Below are positions 29,678-39,167 of a DNA stretch of 64,000 nt, in pieces. Each line of letters starts with the position of its first letter. Position 1 is the stretch's first letter. The translations under genes were made by a program, and so were the position numbers. Under the pieces are notes generated by a model. It saw nothing but the letters and a program-made list of their open reading frames with translations. It searched no databases and was not told the origin of the DNA. Origin of the DNA: an uncultured delta proteobacterium (GTDB lineage: Bacteria; Myxococcota_A; Polyangia; Polyangiales; Polyangiaceae); NCBI GenBank assembly GCA_963782055.1, contig CAWAIF010000003.1:64001-128000 (forward strand), in the 5' to 3' direction.

Positions 29678-32600
29678 GTGTCCATCGTCGTTCGCACATC
29701 CACGTCGGCCGCCGTTCGTCTCGCCGAGGCGGCGCGGTGGCTCCGCTCGCAGGGAGCGGCGCGCGAGCTGGTGATCGTGGCCGCCACGCACGAAGCGGCG
29801 GCGGACCTGGCACGCGACGTGGCGGCGGAGCTCGGCGGGGCGTTCGGGTGGCACCGGACCACGCTGGTGCAGCTCGCCGCCGTGCTCGCGCAGCGGGCGA
29901 GGGCGGAGCGCGGGCTCACGCCGGTGGGCGGGCTCGCGGTCGAGGCGGTGTGCGCGCGGGTGGTGCACCGGGCGCATCGCGAGGGGCGGCTGGAGCGCCT
30001 CGCGCCCATCGCCGAGCTGCCGGGGCTGCCGCGCGCCCTCGCGCGGACACTCGCCGAGCTGCGCATGGTGCGCGCCGACGCCGCGTCCATCGTCGACGGG
30101 GACCTGACACGCGCGCTCGCCGATTACACCGCCGAGATGGAGCGGAGCAGCCTGTGCAATCGCGCCGACCTCCTCGCCCTCGCCGCCGGCGCGATCGCCC
30201 GGCAGGAGCCCGCGGACCTGGTCGGCAAGCCGATCCTCTTCGTCGACGTGCCCGTGCGCACCGCGCTCGAGCGGGACCTGGTGGGTGCCCTGCTCCAGGC
30301 GTCCGGCGATGGGCTCGTGCTCTTTCCGGAGGGCGACGAGCGCACGCGCACCTCCGTGGAGGCGCTGGGCCACTGCGCCGAGCGCCTCGCCGCCACCGGG
30401 CCGGTGCACGCCATGCAGGAGCAGCTCTTCTCCGAGCGCGCGGACCTGGCCGGCGCGCCCTCCGCGCTCAGCATCTTCTCCGCCCCGGGGGAGAGCCGCG
30501 AGTGCGTGGAGCTCGCCCGCGCGTGTCGCGAGGAGGCGGAGCGCGGTGTGCCCTTCGACGCGATGGCGGTGGTGCTGCGCAACCCGACGCTGTACCGCGC
30601 GCACGTGGAGGAGGCGATGCGGCGCGCGGGCATCCCGGTGCACTTCGCGCGGGGCTCTTCGCGGCCGGACCCTGCGGGGCGCGCGCTGCTCGCCCTGCTC
30701 TCGTGCAAGGTGGAGGACCTCTCCGCCACGCGCTTCGCCGAGTACCTCTCGCTGGGGGAGCTGCCCGCCGCGTCGGCGGACGGCGCGCCGCCTCCGGAGG
30801 CGCCGGTCGAGGCGCGTCGCGTGCCGCCGCCGGACGAGGCGCTCCCGCGCACGGTGGAGCGAGACACCGAGCAGGCGGCGGAGGAGGCGACGCCGGCGGC
30901 GGAGGCCGGCGACAACGCCGTCACCGCGGGCACGCTGCGCACGCCGCGCCACTGGGAGCGGCTGCTCGTCGAGGCGGCGGTCATCAAGCGCAGCGATCGC
31001 TACAAGCGGCGGCTGGACGGCCTGGAGAAGGAGCTGCGCCTCGCGCTCGAGGAGCCCAAGACGGAGGAGGCGCTCGCGCGGCGCATCCAGGGTGACCTGG
31101 ACGCCCTGGACAGTCTACGCAACTTCGCGCTGCCGCTGCTCGCCGCCCTGGAGGCGCTGCCGGAGCAGGCGACATGGGAGGAGTGGATCGACACGCTCGG
31201 TGCGCTGGCGACGCGCGCGTTGCGGCGCCCGGAGCGGGTGCTCGCGGTGCTGGCGGAGCTCAACCCCATGGGCGAGGTGGGTCCGGTGGAGCTGCGGGAG
31301 GTGCGGCTGGTGCTGGAGCGCCGGCTGGGCGAGCTCACGGTGCGTCCCGCCGGCCGTCGCTACGGCCGGCTCTTCGTCGGCACGCCCGACGAGGTGCGCG
31401 GCATGGCGTTCGAGGTGGTGTTCGTGCCCGGCCTCGCCGAGCGCGTCTTCCCGCAGAAGGTGGTGGAGGACCCGGTGCTCCCCGACGCCGCGCGCGAGCG
31501 CGTGGAGGCCGCGTCGCCGCTCCCGGTGAACGCCGATCGCGCCATCGAGGAGCGTCTCGCGCTGCGCCTGGCGCTCGGCGCGGCGCGGCGGCGCGTGGTG
31601 GCGTCGTACCCGCGGCTGGACCTGGAGCAGGGGCGGCCACGCACGCCGTCCTTCTACGCGCTGGAGGTGGTGCGCGCGCAGGAGGGCGCGCTGCCCGGCT
31701 TCGACGAGCTGGCGCGCAAGTCGAGCGAGGCGTCGCAGGCGCGCATCGGCTGGCCGGCGCCGGAGGAGGCGTCGCAGGCGATCGACGAGGCGGAGTACGA
31801 TCTCGCCATCCTGGAGCGCCTGCTGCGGATGCCCGCCGGCCTGAGCGCCGGCGCCGCGCGCTACCTGCTCTTCGCCAACCCGCACCTGGGGCGCGCGCTG
31901 CGCTTCCGCGCGCAGCGCTGGGCGGTAAAGAAGTGGTGGCGCGCCGACGGCCTGGTGGACCCTGCGCCACGCGCGCTCGCCGCCCTCGCCGAGCACGGGC
32001 TGACGAAGCGCTCCTTCTCCCCGACGGCGCTGCAGAACTACGCCGCGTGCCCGTACCGCTTCCTGCTGCAGGCCGTCTTTCGCCTCGCCCCGCGCGAGGA
32101 GAAGGCGGAGCTGGAGGAGCTGAACCCGCTGCAGCGCGGCACCATCATGCACGAGACGCAGTTCGAGACGCTGGTGGCGCTGCGCGAGGCGAAGCTGCTG
32201 CCGGTGACCGCGCGCAACATGCCGCAGGCGCGCGCCATCCTGGACGCCGCGGCGGCGAGCGTGGCAGCGCGCTTCGCCGACGAGCTGGCGCCCGCCATCC
32301 CGCGCGTGTGGGAGGATGGCATCGGCCAGATCAAGGCGGACCTCGCCGAGTGGCTGCGGCGGATGCCGGAGGACCCCGACTGGGTGCCCTCGCACTTCGA
32401 GCTGTCCTTCGGACTGAAGCAGAAGCGCTCGCAGGAGGACGAGGGCAGTCAGGAGGCGCCCGCCGCGCTGGACTGCGGCATCCAGCTGCGCGGCTCGATC
32501 GACCTGGTGGAGCGGAGCACGACGGGCCGCCTGCGGGCGACGGACTTCAAGTCGGGCAAGGTCCGCGCGACCGACGAGACGGTCATCGGCGGCGGCAGGA

Positions 32601-32935
32601 CGCTGCAGCCGGTGCTCTACGCGCTGGCGCTGGAGAAGATCTTCCCCGGCACGGTGGTGGAGGAGGGGCGGCTGTACTACTGCACGTCGGTGGGGGAGTA
32701 CCGCTCCTACGCGGTGCCGCTGCGCGACAACCCCGACGCGCGGGAGGCCGCCGACATGGTGGCGAGCACGGTGCGCGGGGCGATCGACAAGGGCTTCTTG
32801 CCGGCCGCGCCCGCGGAGCGGGAGTGCACGTACTGCGACTACCAGTCGGTGTGCGGGCCGTACGAGGAGCAGCGGACGGCGCGCAAGCCGAAGGGGCCGC
32901 TCTTGCCGCTGCGCCGCCTGCGGGAGCGCGCATGA
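29678..32935 (+). CDS. addB: AddB/RexB-like helicase-nuclease subunit
   Basis: Inactive helicase-like body; C-terminal FSPTALQNYAACPYRF, LRGSIDLVE, DFKSG, Q..LY and C..C.....C Fe-S staple. Confidence 0.8.
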   Translation: MSIVVRTSTSAAVRLAEAARWLRSQGAARELVIVAATHEAAADLARDVAAELGGAFGWHRTTLVQLAAVLAQRARAERGLTPVGGLAVEAVCARVVHRAHREGRLERLAPIAELPGLPRALARTLAELRMVRADAASIVDGDLTRALADYTAEMERSSLCNRADLLALAAGAIARQEPADLVGKPILFVDVPVRTALERDLVGALLQASGDGLVLFPEGDERTRTSVEALGHCAERLAATGPVHAMQEQLFSERADLAGAPSALSIFSAPGESRECVELARACREEAERGVPFDAMAVVLRNPTLYRAHVEEAMRRAGIPVHFARGSSRPDPAGRALLALLSCKVEDLSATRFAEYLSLGELPAASADGAPPPEAPVEARRVPPPDEALPRTVERDTEQAAEEATPAAEAGDNAVTAGTLRTPRHWERLLVEAAVIKRSDRYKRRLDGLEKELRLALEEPKTEEALARRIQGDLDALDSLRNFALPLLAALEALPEQATWEEWIDTLGALATRALRRPERVLAVLAELNPMGEVGPVELREVRLVLERRLGELTVRPAGRRYGRLFVGTPDEVRGMAFEVVFVPGLAERVFPQKVVEDPVLPDAARERVEAASPLPVNADRAIEERLALRLALGAARRRVVASYPRLDLEQGRPRTPSFYALEVVRAQEGALPGFDELARKSSEASQARIGWPAPEEASQAIDEAEYDLAILERLLRMPAGLSAGAARYLLFANPHLGRALRFRAQRWAVKKWWRADGLVDPAPRALAALAEHGLTKRSFSPTALQNYAACPYRFLLQAVFRLAPREEKAELEELNPLQRGTIMHETQFETLVALREAKLLPVTARNMPQARAILDAAAASVAARFADELAPAIPRVWEDGIGQIKADLAEWLRRMPEDPDWVPSHFELSFGLKQKRSQEDEGSQEAPAALDCGIQLRGSIDLVERSTTGRLRATDFKSGKVRATDETVIGGGRTLQPVLYALALEKIFPGTVVEEGRLYYCTSVGEYRSYAVPLRDNPDAREAADMVASTVRGAIDKGFLPAAPAERECTYCDYQSVCGPYEEQRTARKPKGPLLPLRRLRERA

Positions 32936-35900
32936 CGCCGCAGGTGCTGGCCGACCAGGCGGATCGCGACGCGATCCGGCAGGACCTGGACGCGACCCTG
33001 GTGGTGGAGGCCGCGGCGGGGACGGGCAAGACGACGGAGCTGGTGGCGCGCGTGCTCGCGTTGCTCGTCAGCGGGCGCGCGCGGCTGGCGACGATGGCGG
33101 CGGTGACGTTCACCGAGAAGGCCGCCGGCGAGATGAAGCTGCGGCTGCGCACGGAGATCGAGAAGGCGCGCGCGCGCGCGGCCCCCGCCGAGCGCAAGCG
33201 GCTGGACGTGGCGCTGAGCGAGCTGGAGACCGCGCACATCGGCACCATCCACTCCTTCTGCGCGGAGATCCTGCGCGAGCGTCCGGTGGAGGCGCAGATC
33301 GACCCGCTCTTCGCGCCCGCCGACGAGGGGACGCAGGAGCGGATCTACGACGAGGCGTTCGACCGGTGGTTCCAGCGGGAGCTCGCCGACCCGCACGAGG
33401 GGGTGCGCCGGGTGCTGCGCAAGCGCTTCCGGGACAGGGAGAGCGGCGGGCCGCGCAACCTGCTGCGCAGGGCCGGCTTGCAGCTCGTGGAGCAGCGCGA
33501 CTTCGACGCGCCGTGGCGGCGGGACCCGTTCGACCGCGAGGAGGTGCTGGACCGGCTCGTCGAGCGGCTGCGCGCGGTGGGCGACCTCTGGGAGAAGGCG
33601 AACGACAAGACGTGGTGGCTGTCGCAGAACCTGGCCGAGATCCGTCGCTTCGTCCACGAGCTGGACCGTCGCGAGGCGCTGACGACGGGAACGAAGCGCG
33701 ACTACGACGGCCTGGAGCAGGAGCTTCGCACGCTCTCGCGCGCGCGGACGTGGAACTACAAGGGCGGGTGGAACCAGTTCGGCCCGGGGCTCCTGAAGCA
33801 GGACGTCCTCGACCAGCGCGACGCCGTCCGGGAGGAGCTGGCGCGGGTGCTCGCCCTGTGTGACGCGGACCTGGCGGCGTGTCTGCACGCCGACCTGCAG
33901 TCGCTGGTCGTGGAGTACACGGAGCTGAAGCGGCGGGCGGGGCGGCTGGACTTCCTGGACCTGCTGGTCATCGTGCGCGATCTCATCGTGGGCCAGCGCG
34001 CGGTGCGGCAGGAGCTGCAGGCGCGCTTCACGCACGTGCTGGTGGATGAGTTCCAGGACACCGACCCGCTGCAGGCGGAGATCCTGCTGCTGCTCGCCGC
34101 CGACGACCCGGCGGAGATCGACTACCTGCGCGCGCGGCCCATCGCGGGGAAGCTCTTCGTCGTGGGGGACCCGAAGCAGTCGATCTACCGCTTCCGCCGC
34201 GCCGACGTGATGCTCTACGAGGGCATCAAGCGGCGCCTGGTCGCCAACGGCGCGCGGCTGCTGCACCTCTCGACGAGCTTCCGCGGGGCGCCGTCCATCC
34301 AGGCGGCGATCAACGCGTCGTTCGCGCCGCGGATGCAGGGGTCGGAGGACGGGAGTCAGGCGCGCTACGTGCCGCTGGAGCCGTTCCGCCCGGAGCCGGA
34401 GGGGCGTCCGACGGTGATCGCCCTGCCGGTGCCGCGCCCCTACTCCGACCGGAGCGGCAAGATCACGTCGTGGGCGGTCTCCAGCTCGGCGCCCGACGCC
34501 ATCGGCGCGTTCGTCGACTGGCTGCTGCGCGAGAGCGGCTGGACGGTGGTGTCCGGCGGGGAGCGGGTGCCCGTGGAGGCGCGGCACGTGTGCCTGCTCT
34601 TCAAGCGCTTCGTGAGCTTCGGCGACGACATCACGAGGCCATACGTGCGCGCGCTGGAGACGCGGCGCATCCCCCACGTGCTGGTGGGCGGGCGCTCCTT
34701 CTACAAGCGGGAGGAGGTGATGGCGCTGAAGAACGCGCTGTCCGCGGTGGAGTGGCCGGACGACGAGCTGTCGGTCTTCGCCACGCTGCGGGGGCCGTTC
34801 TTCGCCATCGCCGACGAGTCGCTGCTCGCGTACCGGCACGACGCGAAGACGCTGCACCCGATGCGACGACACGACGACGTGGCGCTGGACGATCTGACGC
34901 GGCCGGTCGCCGACGCGCTGGAGGTGCTGCGCGGGCTGCACGTGGGGCGCAACCGGCGGCCCATCGCCGACACGATGGCGCAGCTGCTGGAGTGCACGCG
35001 GGCGCACGCCGGCGTCGCCATCTGGCCGACGGGGGAGCAGGCGCTCGCCAACCTGCTGCGGCTGCTGGACGACGCGCGGCGGTTCGAGGCGCAGGGCGCG
35101 ACGAGCTTCCGCGCCTTCGTGCGGCACCTGGACGACGAGGAGGAGCGCGGGGGCGGCGCGGAGGCGCCCGTGGTGGAGGAGGGGACCGACGGCGTACGGA
35201 TCATGACGGTGCACAAGGCGAAGGGGCTGGAGTTTCCGGTCGTCATCCTGGTGGACCCTGCGGCGCCGCTCTCCAACGACAGGCCGTCTCGGTACGTGGA
35301 CGCGGCGCGCCGGCTGTGGGCGGCGCCGCTCGCGGGGAGCGCGCCCATCGAGCTGCTGGAGAACGCGGAGCGCGTGAAGCGGCACGACGCGGAGGAGGCG
35401 GTGCGGCTGGCGTACGTGGCGGCCACGCGCGCGCGCGACCTGCTGGTCGTGCCGGTCGTCGGCGACGAGGCGGTGGACGGGTGGGTCTCGGTGCTGCACC
35501 CGTCGCTCTACCCCGACGTGGACAACTGGCGCAGCCCGCGCACGGCACCAGGGTGTCCGCCCTTCGGCGATGACTCGGTGCTGGAGCGCTCCGAGCGCGC
35601 GGAGCGCGACGGCGCGATCTCGGTGCGGCCGGGCCTCCACGAGCCGAAGGAGGGGACGCACGGGGTGGTGTGGTGGGATCCGCGCGCGCTGCGCCTTGGG
35701 GCGGAGGAAGACGCCGGCCTGCGGCAGCAGCACATCCTGTCGGTGGACGAGCAGACGGGGCGGGACGCGGCGAGCGAGCGGGAGCACGCGGAGTGGCAGG
35801 CGCGGCGCGCGTCGGCGCTGGAGCGGGGCACGACGCCGTCGCACCGGGTGGTGGTCGTGACCGGGGCGGCGGCGGGCGCGGGGGCGGGCGCGGGCGCGGG

Positions 35901-36429
35901 GGCGGGCGCGGTCGCGGGGGCGGGCGCGGGCGCGGCGAGCGAGCCCTTCGCCGACCTCGCCGTTGTCTTGGAGAGGACGGACGCGCGGCGCGATGGTCGC
36001 CCGCGTGGCAAGAGTTTCGGGGTGCTGGTGCACGCCCTGCTGTCGGTGGTCGACCTGGATGCGAGCGCCGAGGCGGTGGCGCAGGCCGCGCACGTCACCG
36101 GTCGCCTTCTCGGCTCCGGCGATGACGAGGTGGCGTGGGCCGCGCAGGCGGCGCTCGCCGCGCTGAAGCACCCGCTCCTCCGCGCTGCCTCGCAGGCGGA
36201 GGTGCGCCGCGAGGCGCCCGTCGCGCTGCGCCTGGACGACGGCAGCCTGCTGGAGGGCGTCCTCGACCTGGCCTTTCGCGAGGAGGCCGGGTGGGTCGTC
36301 GTCGACTTCAAGACCGACGCCGACCTGGAGGCGAACCGCGCCGACTACGAGCGGCAGGTGCGCATGTACGCGGCCGCCGTGCGCAAGGCGACGGGCAAGG
36401 CGGTGCGTGGCGTGCTGCTGGGCGTGTGA
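32932..36429 (+). CDS. addA: AddA/RexA-like UvrD helicase with C-terminal PD-(D/E)XK nuclease
   Basis: ATGA overlap with addB; EAAAGTGKT, VTFTEKAA, TIHSFC, VDEFQDT, VGDPKQSIYRFR, TVHKAKGLEF, YVAATRAR and LDLAF..VDFKT motifs. Confidence 0.9.
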   Translation: MTPQVLADQADRDAIRQDLDATLVVEAAAGTGKTTELVARVLALLVSGRARLATMAAVTFTEKAAGEMKLRLRTEIEKARARAAPAERKRLDVALSELETAHIGTIHSFCAEILRERPVEAQIDPLFAPADEGTQERIYDEAFDRWFQRELADPHEGVRRVLRKRFRDRESGGPRNLLRRAGLQLVEQRDFDAPWRRDPFDREEVLDRLVERLRAVGDLWEKANDKTWWLSQNLAEIRRFVHELDRREALTTGTKRDYDGLEQELRTLSRARTWNYKGGWNQFGPGLLKQDVLDQRDAVREELARVLALCDADLAACLHADLQSLVVEYTELKRRAGRLDFLDLLVIVRDLIVGQRAVRQELQARFTHVLVDEFQDTDPLQAEILLLLAADDPAEIDYLRARPIAGKLFVVGDPKQSIYRFRRADVMLYEGIKRRLVANGARLLHLSTSFRGAPSIQAAINASFAPRMQGSEDGSQARYVPLEPFRPEPEGRPTVIALPVPRPYSDRSGKITSWAVSSSAPDAIGAFVDWLLRESGWTVVSGGERVPVEARHVCLLFKRFVSFGDDITRPYVRALETRRIPHVLVGGRSFYKREEVMALKNALSAVEWPDDELSVFATLRGPFFAIADESLLAYRHDAKTLHPMRRHDDVALDDLTRPVADALEVLRGLHVGRNRRPIADTMAQLLECTRAHAGVAIWPTGEQALANLLRLLDDARRFEAQGATSFRAFVRHLDDEEERGGGAEAPVVEEGTDGVRIMTVHKAKGLEFPVVILVDPAAPLSNDRPSRYVDAARRLWAAPLAGSAPIELLENAERVKRHDAEEAVRLAYVAATRARDLLVVPVVGDEAVDGWVSVLHPSLYPDVDNWRSPRTAPGCPPFGDDSVLERSERAERDGAISVRPGLHEPKEGTHGVVWWDPRALRLGAEEDAGLRQQHILSVDEQTGRDAASEREHAEWQARRASALERGTTPSHRVVVVTGAAAGAGAGAGAGAGAVAGAGAGAASEPFADLAVVLERTDARRDGRPRGKSFGVLVHALLSVVDLDASAEAVAQAAHVTGRLLGSGDDEVAWAAQAALAALKHPLLRAASQAEVRREAPVALRLDDGSLLEGVLDLAFREEAGWVVVDFKTDADLEANRADYERQVRMYAAAVRKATGKAVRGVLLGV
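35863..35937 (+). repeat. (Gly-Ala)n low-complexity repeat inside addA
   Basis: GGS-GCG hexamer repeats encoding GAAAGAGAGAGAGAGAVAGAGAGAA. Confidence 0.85.
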
Positions 36430-36430
36430 C

Positions 36431-37030
36431 TCAGACGCTCTCCGAGCTCATCGCCGTCAGGGCGCGCCGGAGCTCGCTGTCGTGTCGCTCCTTGCGAGCT
36501 CGCGCGCGCCGCTCGCGGCTCGCCTCCCGCTGCGTCCAGAATCCGTACTCGCCGTGCATGTCGAGTGACGCTTCGTCGCCGAACCCGACGCGGATGCGCA
36601 TGCAGAGCATCTTCAGACGCTCCCGCGCGCGCGCGCACGCCTCCGGGGCGGGCCAGGCGCGCTCGCTCGGCGTCAGGGCACCGTCCAGCGCGAAGCCGAC
36701 GTGCCCGATGAGCACCAACCCATAGAACGCGCGCCGCACGAGCCGGCGCCCCTCCGGCGTGAGCGCGACGATGCACTCGCGCCCGGCGCGCCGCCGCTTG
36801 ACCAGACCCAGCTGCTCCAGCGAGCCGAGCATGCGGCTGATGGTGGAGCGCGCCACGCCCAGCCCGCGACGCAGGTTGCTCTGAAGATTCGCCGAGCCCG
36901 TGCCCAGCCGGTAGAGAGCATCGAGCAGGTCGAAGCGCGCCGCCGTCAGCCCCATGGCCGCCAGCGCCCGCCGCGTCAGCCGCAGTGTCGCGTAATACGC
37001 CCGCTTGATCGTGAAGAAGATGGGGTCCAT
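36431..37030 (-). CDS. MarR-family winged-helix protein
   Basis: GLTAARFDLL..Q..LRR.LGV.RSTISRML.SLE.LGLV.R..V.LT.EGR pattern. Confidence 0.8.
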   Translation of the reverse strand: MDPIFFTIKRAYYATLRLTRRALAAMGLTAARFDLLDALYRLGTGSANLQSNLRRGLGVARSTISRMLGSLEQLGLVKRRRAGRECIVALTPEGRRLVRRAFYGLVLIGHVGFALDGALTPSERAWPAPEACARARERLKMLCMRIRVGFGDEASLDMHGEYGFWTQREASRERRARARKERHDSELRRALTAMSSESV

Positions 37031-37042
37031 CCCGCCCCCTAC

Positions 37043-37058
37043 AGCACTCCCCATGCCA
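37043..37058 (-). promoter_or_regulatory. Sigma54-like promoter upstream of the MarR gene
   Basis: Minus strand TGGCATGGGGAGTGCT, with correct GG-N10-GC spacing, 12 nt before the ATG. Confidence 0.5.
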
Positions 37059-37346
37059 ACGCCCCCACCCCCCCCTCCTCCACGCATCTCGGATCAAACG
37101 TCGGATTGCTAGCACGCTGGCCAACCGACGTTTGGCTGGTCGGATGGGGAAGGGGGTGGGGGGAGGGGTGGCGATGCCAGGGGAGGTTTGGGACGTGAGG
37201 GGTGTCCGGGGACAGGGAGAGGGGACAGGGGGGACAGGGGGGCGAGGGGAGAGAGGGGAGAGAGGGGGAGAGGGGGAGCACGACGCCATCGCCGGGACGC
37301 GCTACCACGCCGAGCAGATGAAGCACCTGGACCGTGAGCCCGTCGC

Positions 37347-39167
37347 TCACCCGGCGCCGGCGAGCACGTACACCGCCGCGCCCCAGCCGGGGAGCGCGAC
37401 CTCGTCCCCCGCGACGACGGACCCAGCCACCGCCTCCGGCGCCGTCGTGAACGCCAGCTCGAACCGGCCCGCCACCGCCGGCACCGGGACGCGCACCGCC
37501 TCCTCGCCGAAGTGAAGCAGCACCACCGCGCGGGAGGCGCCCGGGTCCCCTCGCACCACCGTGACCCACCCCGCAGCCTCGTCCACCCCGACCTGCGTGA
37601 GGTCCTTCCGGCAGTTGCCGAGCGCCGGGCAGCGCGCGCGCAGCGCGAGGAGATCGCGGTGCAGCGCCAGCACCGCCGCGCCGGGCGGACGCGTCGCCCG
37701 CGAAGGGTCCAGCTTGCACGCCTCGAACGTCTCTGGCGCCTGCGGGTCCGCCGTCTCCCCGCGCCAGCCGAACTGCTCGTGCTCCCGCTCGCGCCCCTCC
37801 CGCACCGCGCGCACCAGCGCGACGTCCCCGTGGCTCACGAAGTAGTGAAACGGCGCCGTCTCGCCGTACTCCTGCCCCATGAACAGCAGCGGCACCTCCG
37901 GCGCGGTGAGCAGCGCCACCACCGCCAGCGCCTCCTTCGCCGCGCCCAGCGCGCTCCCCATCCGCTCCCCGTGGCAGGGGTTGGCCACCTGGTCGTGGTT
38001 CTGCACGTACGCCACCAGTTGCTCGCCCCCCACCTCCGCCGACGAGCTGCCGAAGGCGCGCCCCCGGTAGCGCGACCAGCCGCCGTCGTGCACGAAGCCC
38101 TCTCCCACCGCCTTGCCCACGTCCGCCACGCGGCCGAAGTCCGCGAAATACCCGCGGCGATCGCCGGTCAGCGCGGACCACACCGCGTGGTGGAAGTCCT
38201 CGTTCCACACCGCGTCCAGCCCGCGCCCCTCGCGCGACGCGGGGCGCACCAGGCGCGCGTCGCACTGATCGCTCTCGGCGAACAGGTGCGCGCGGCGGCC
38301 TAGCTCGCGCGCCCGCGCGCCGAAGCGCGCGCCGAGCTCCTCCAGCACGTGACGGGGGGAGGCGTCGAAGATGGCGTCCACCGCGTCGAGGCGAAGCCCG
38401 TCCACGTGATGCTCCTCCAGCCACGCCACCGCGTTGTCGACGAAGTGCGCGCGCACCCCCGCGGCGTCGGGCCCGTCGAAGTCCAGCGCGTCCCCCCACG
38501 GCGAGTGGCGGCGCGCGGTGAAGTACGGCGCGAACTCGGGGAGGTAGTTCCCCTCCGGACCGAGGTGGTTGTAGACCACGTCCAGGATCACCGCGAGCCC
38601 CTCGCGGTGGCACGCGTCGACGAGCGCGTCCAGCCCGGCGGGCCCCCCGTACGTCGACTGCGGCGCGTAGAGGTCCACGCCGTCGTAGCCCCAGTTGCGC
38701 GCGCCCGGAAACTCCGCCACGGGCATCAGCTCGATCGCGGTGACGCCCAGGTCTCGCAGCGCCGCGAGCCGCGGGATCATCGCGGCGAACGTCCCCTCCC
38801 ACGTGAAGGTGCCGACGTGCACCTCGTAGATCACGTGCTTCTCCAGCGCGAGGCCCCTCCAGCCCGCGTCGGTCCACGCGAACGCGCGCGGGTCCACCAC
38901 CCGCGAGGGGCCGTGCACGCCCCGAGGTTGCCATCGCGAGCGTGGGTCCGGCCGCCCGGGGCCACCGTCCAGCACGAACAGGTAGTCGTCGCCGGCGCCC
39001 ACGCCCTGCACCACCGCGCTCCACACGTCCTCCGCACCGCGCGCGAGGGGCACCCGACGCCCCCTGGCTCCAGACACCTCCACCGCCACCGCCCGCGGCC
39101 GCGGAGCCCACACCGCGAACCGCGTCGCGCCACCGGGGAGCGGCGCGGCCCCGAGCGCGTCAGCCAT
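37347..39167 (-). CDS. treZ: Malto-oligosyltrehalose trehalohydrolase
   Basis: [52 protein letters not shown] and FMGQEY motifs. Confidence 0.92.
   Translation of the reverse strand: MADALGAAPLPGGATRFAVWAPRPRAVAVEVSGARGRRVPLARGAEDVWSAVVQGVGAGDDYLFVLDGGPGRPDPRSRWQPRGVHGPSRVVDPRAFAWTDAGWRGLALEKHVIYEVHVGTFTWEGTFAAMIPRLAALRDLGVTAIELMPVAEFPGARNWGYDGVDLYAPQSTYGGPAGLDALVDACHREGLAVILDVVYNHLGPEGNYLPEFAPYFTARRHSPWGDALDFDGPDAAGVRAHFVDNAVAWLEEHHVDGLRLDAVDAIFDASPRHVLEELGARFGARARELGRRAHLFAESDQCDARLVRPASREGRGLDAVWNEDFHHAVWSALTGDRRGYFADFGRVADVGKAVGEGFVHDGGWSRYRGRAFGSSSAEVGGEQLVAYVQNHDQVANPCHGERMGSALGAAKEALAVVALLTAPEVPLLFMGQEYGETAPFHYFVSHGDVALVRAVREGREREHEQFGWRGETADPQAPETFEACKLDPSRATRPPGAAVLALHRDLLALRARCPALGNCRKDLTQVGVDEAAGWVTVVRGDPGASRAVVLLHFGEEAVRVPVPAVAGRFELAFTTAPEAVAGSVVAGDEVALPGWGAAVYVLAGAG

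Noticed and set aside
31174..32931. 1751-aa ORF as an extended AddA
   Set aside because: The first ~586 codons are an alternative frame of addB; the real start is ATG 32932, overlapping the addB stop.
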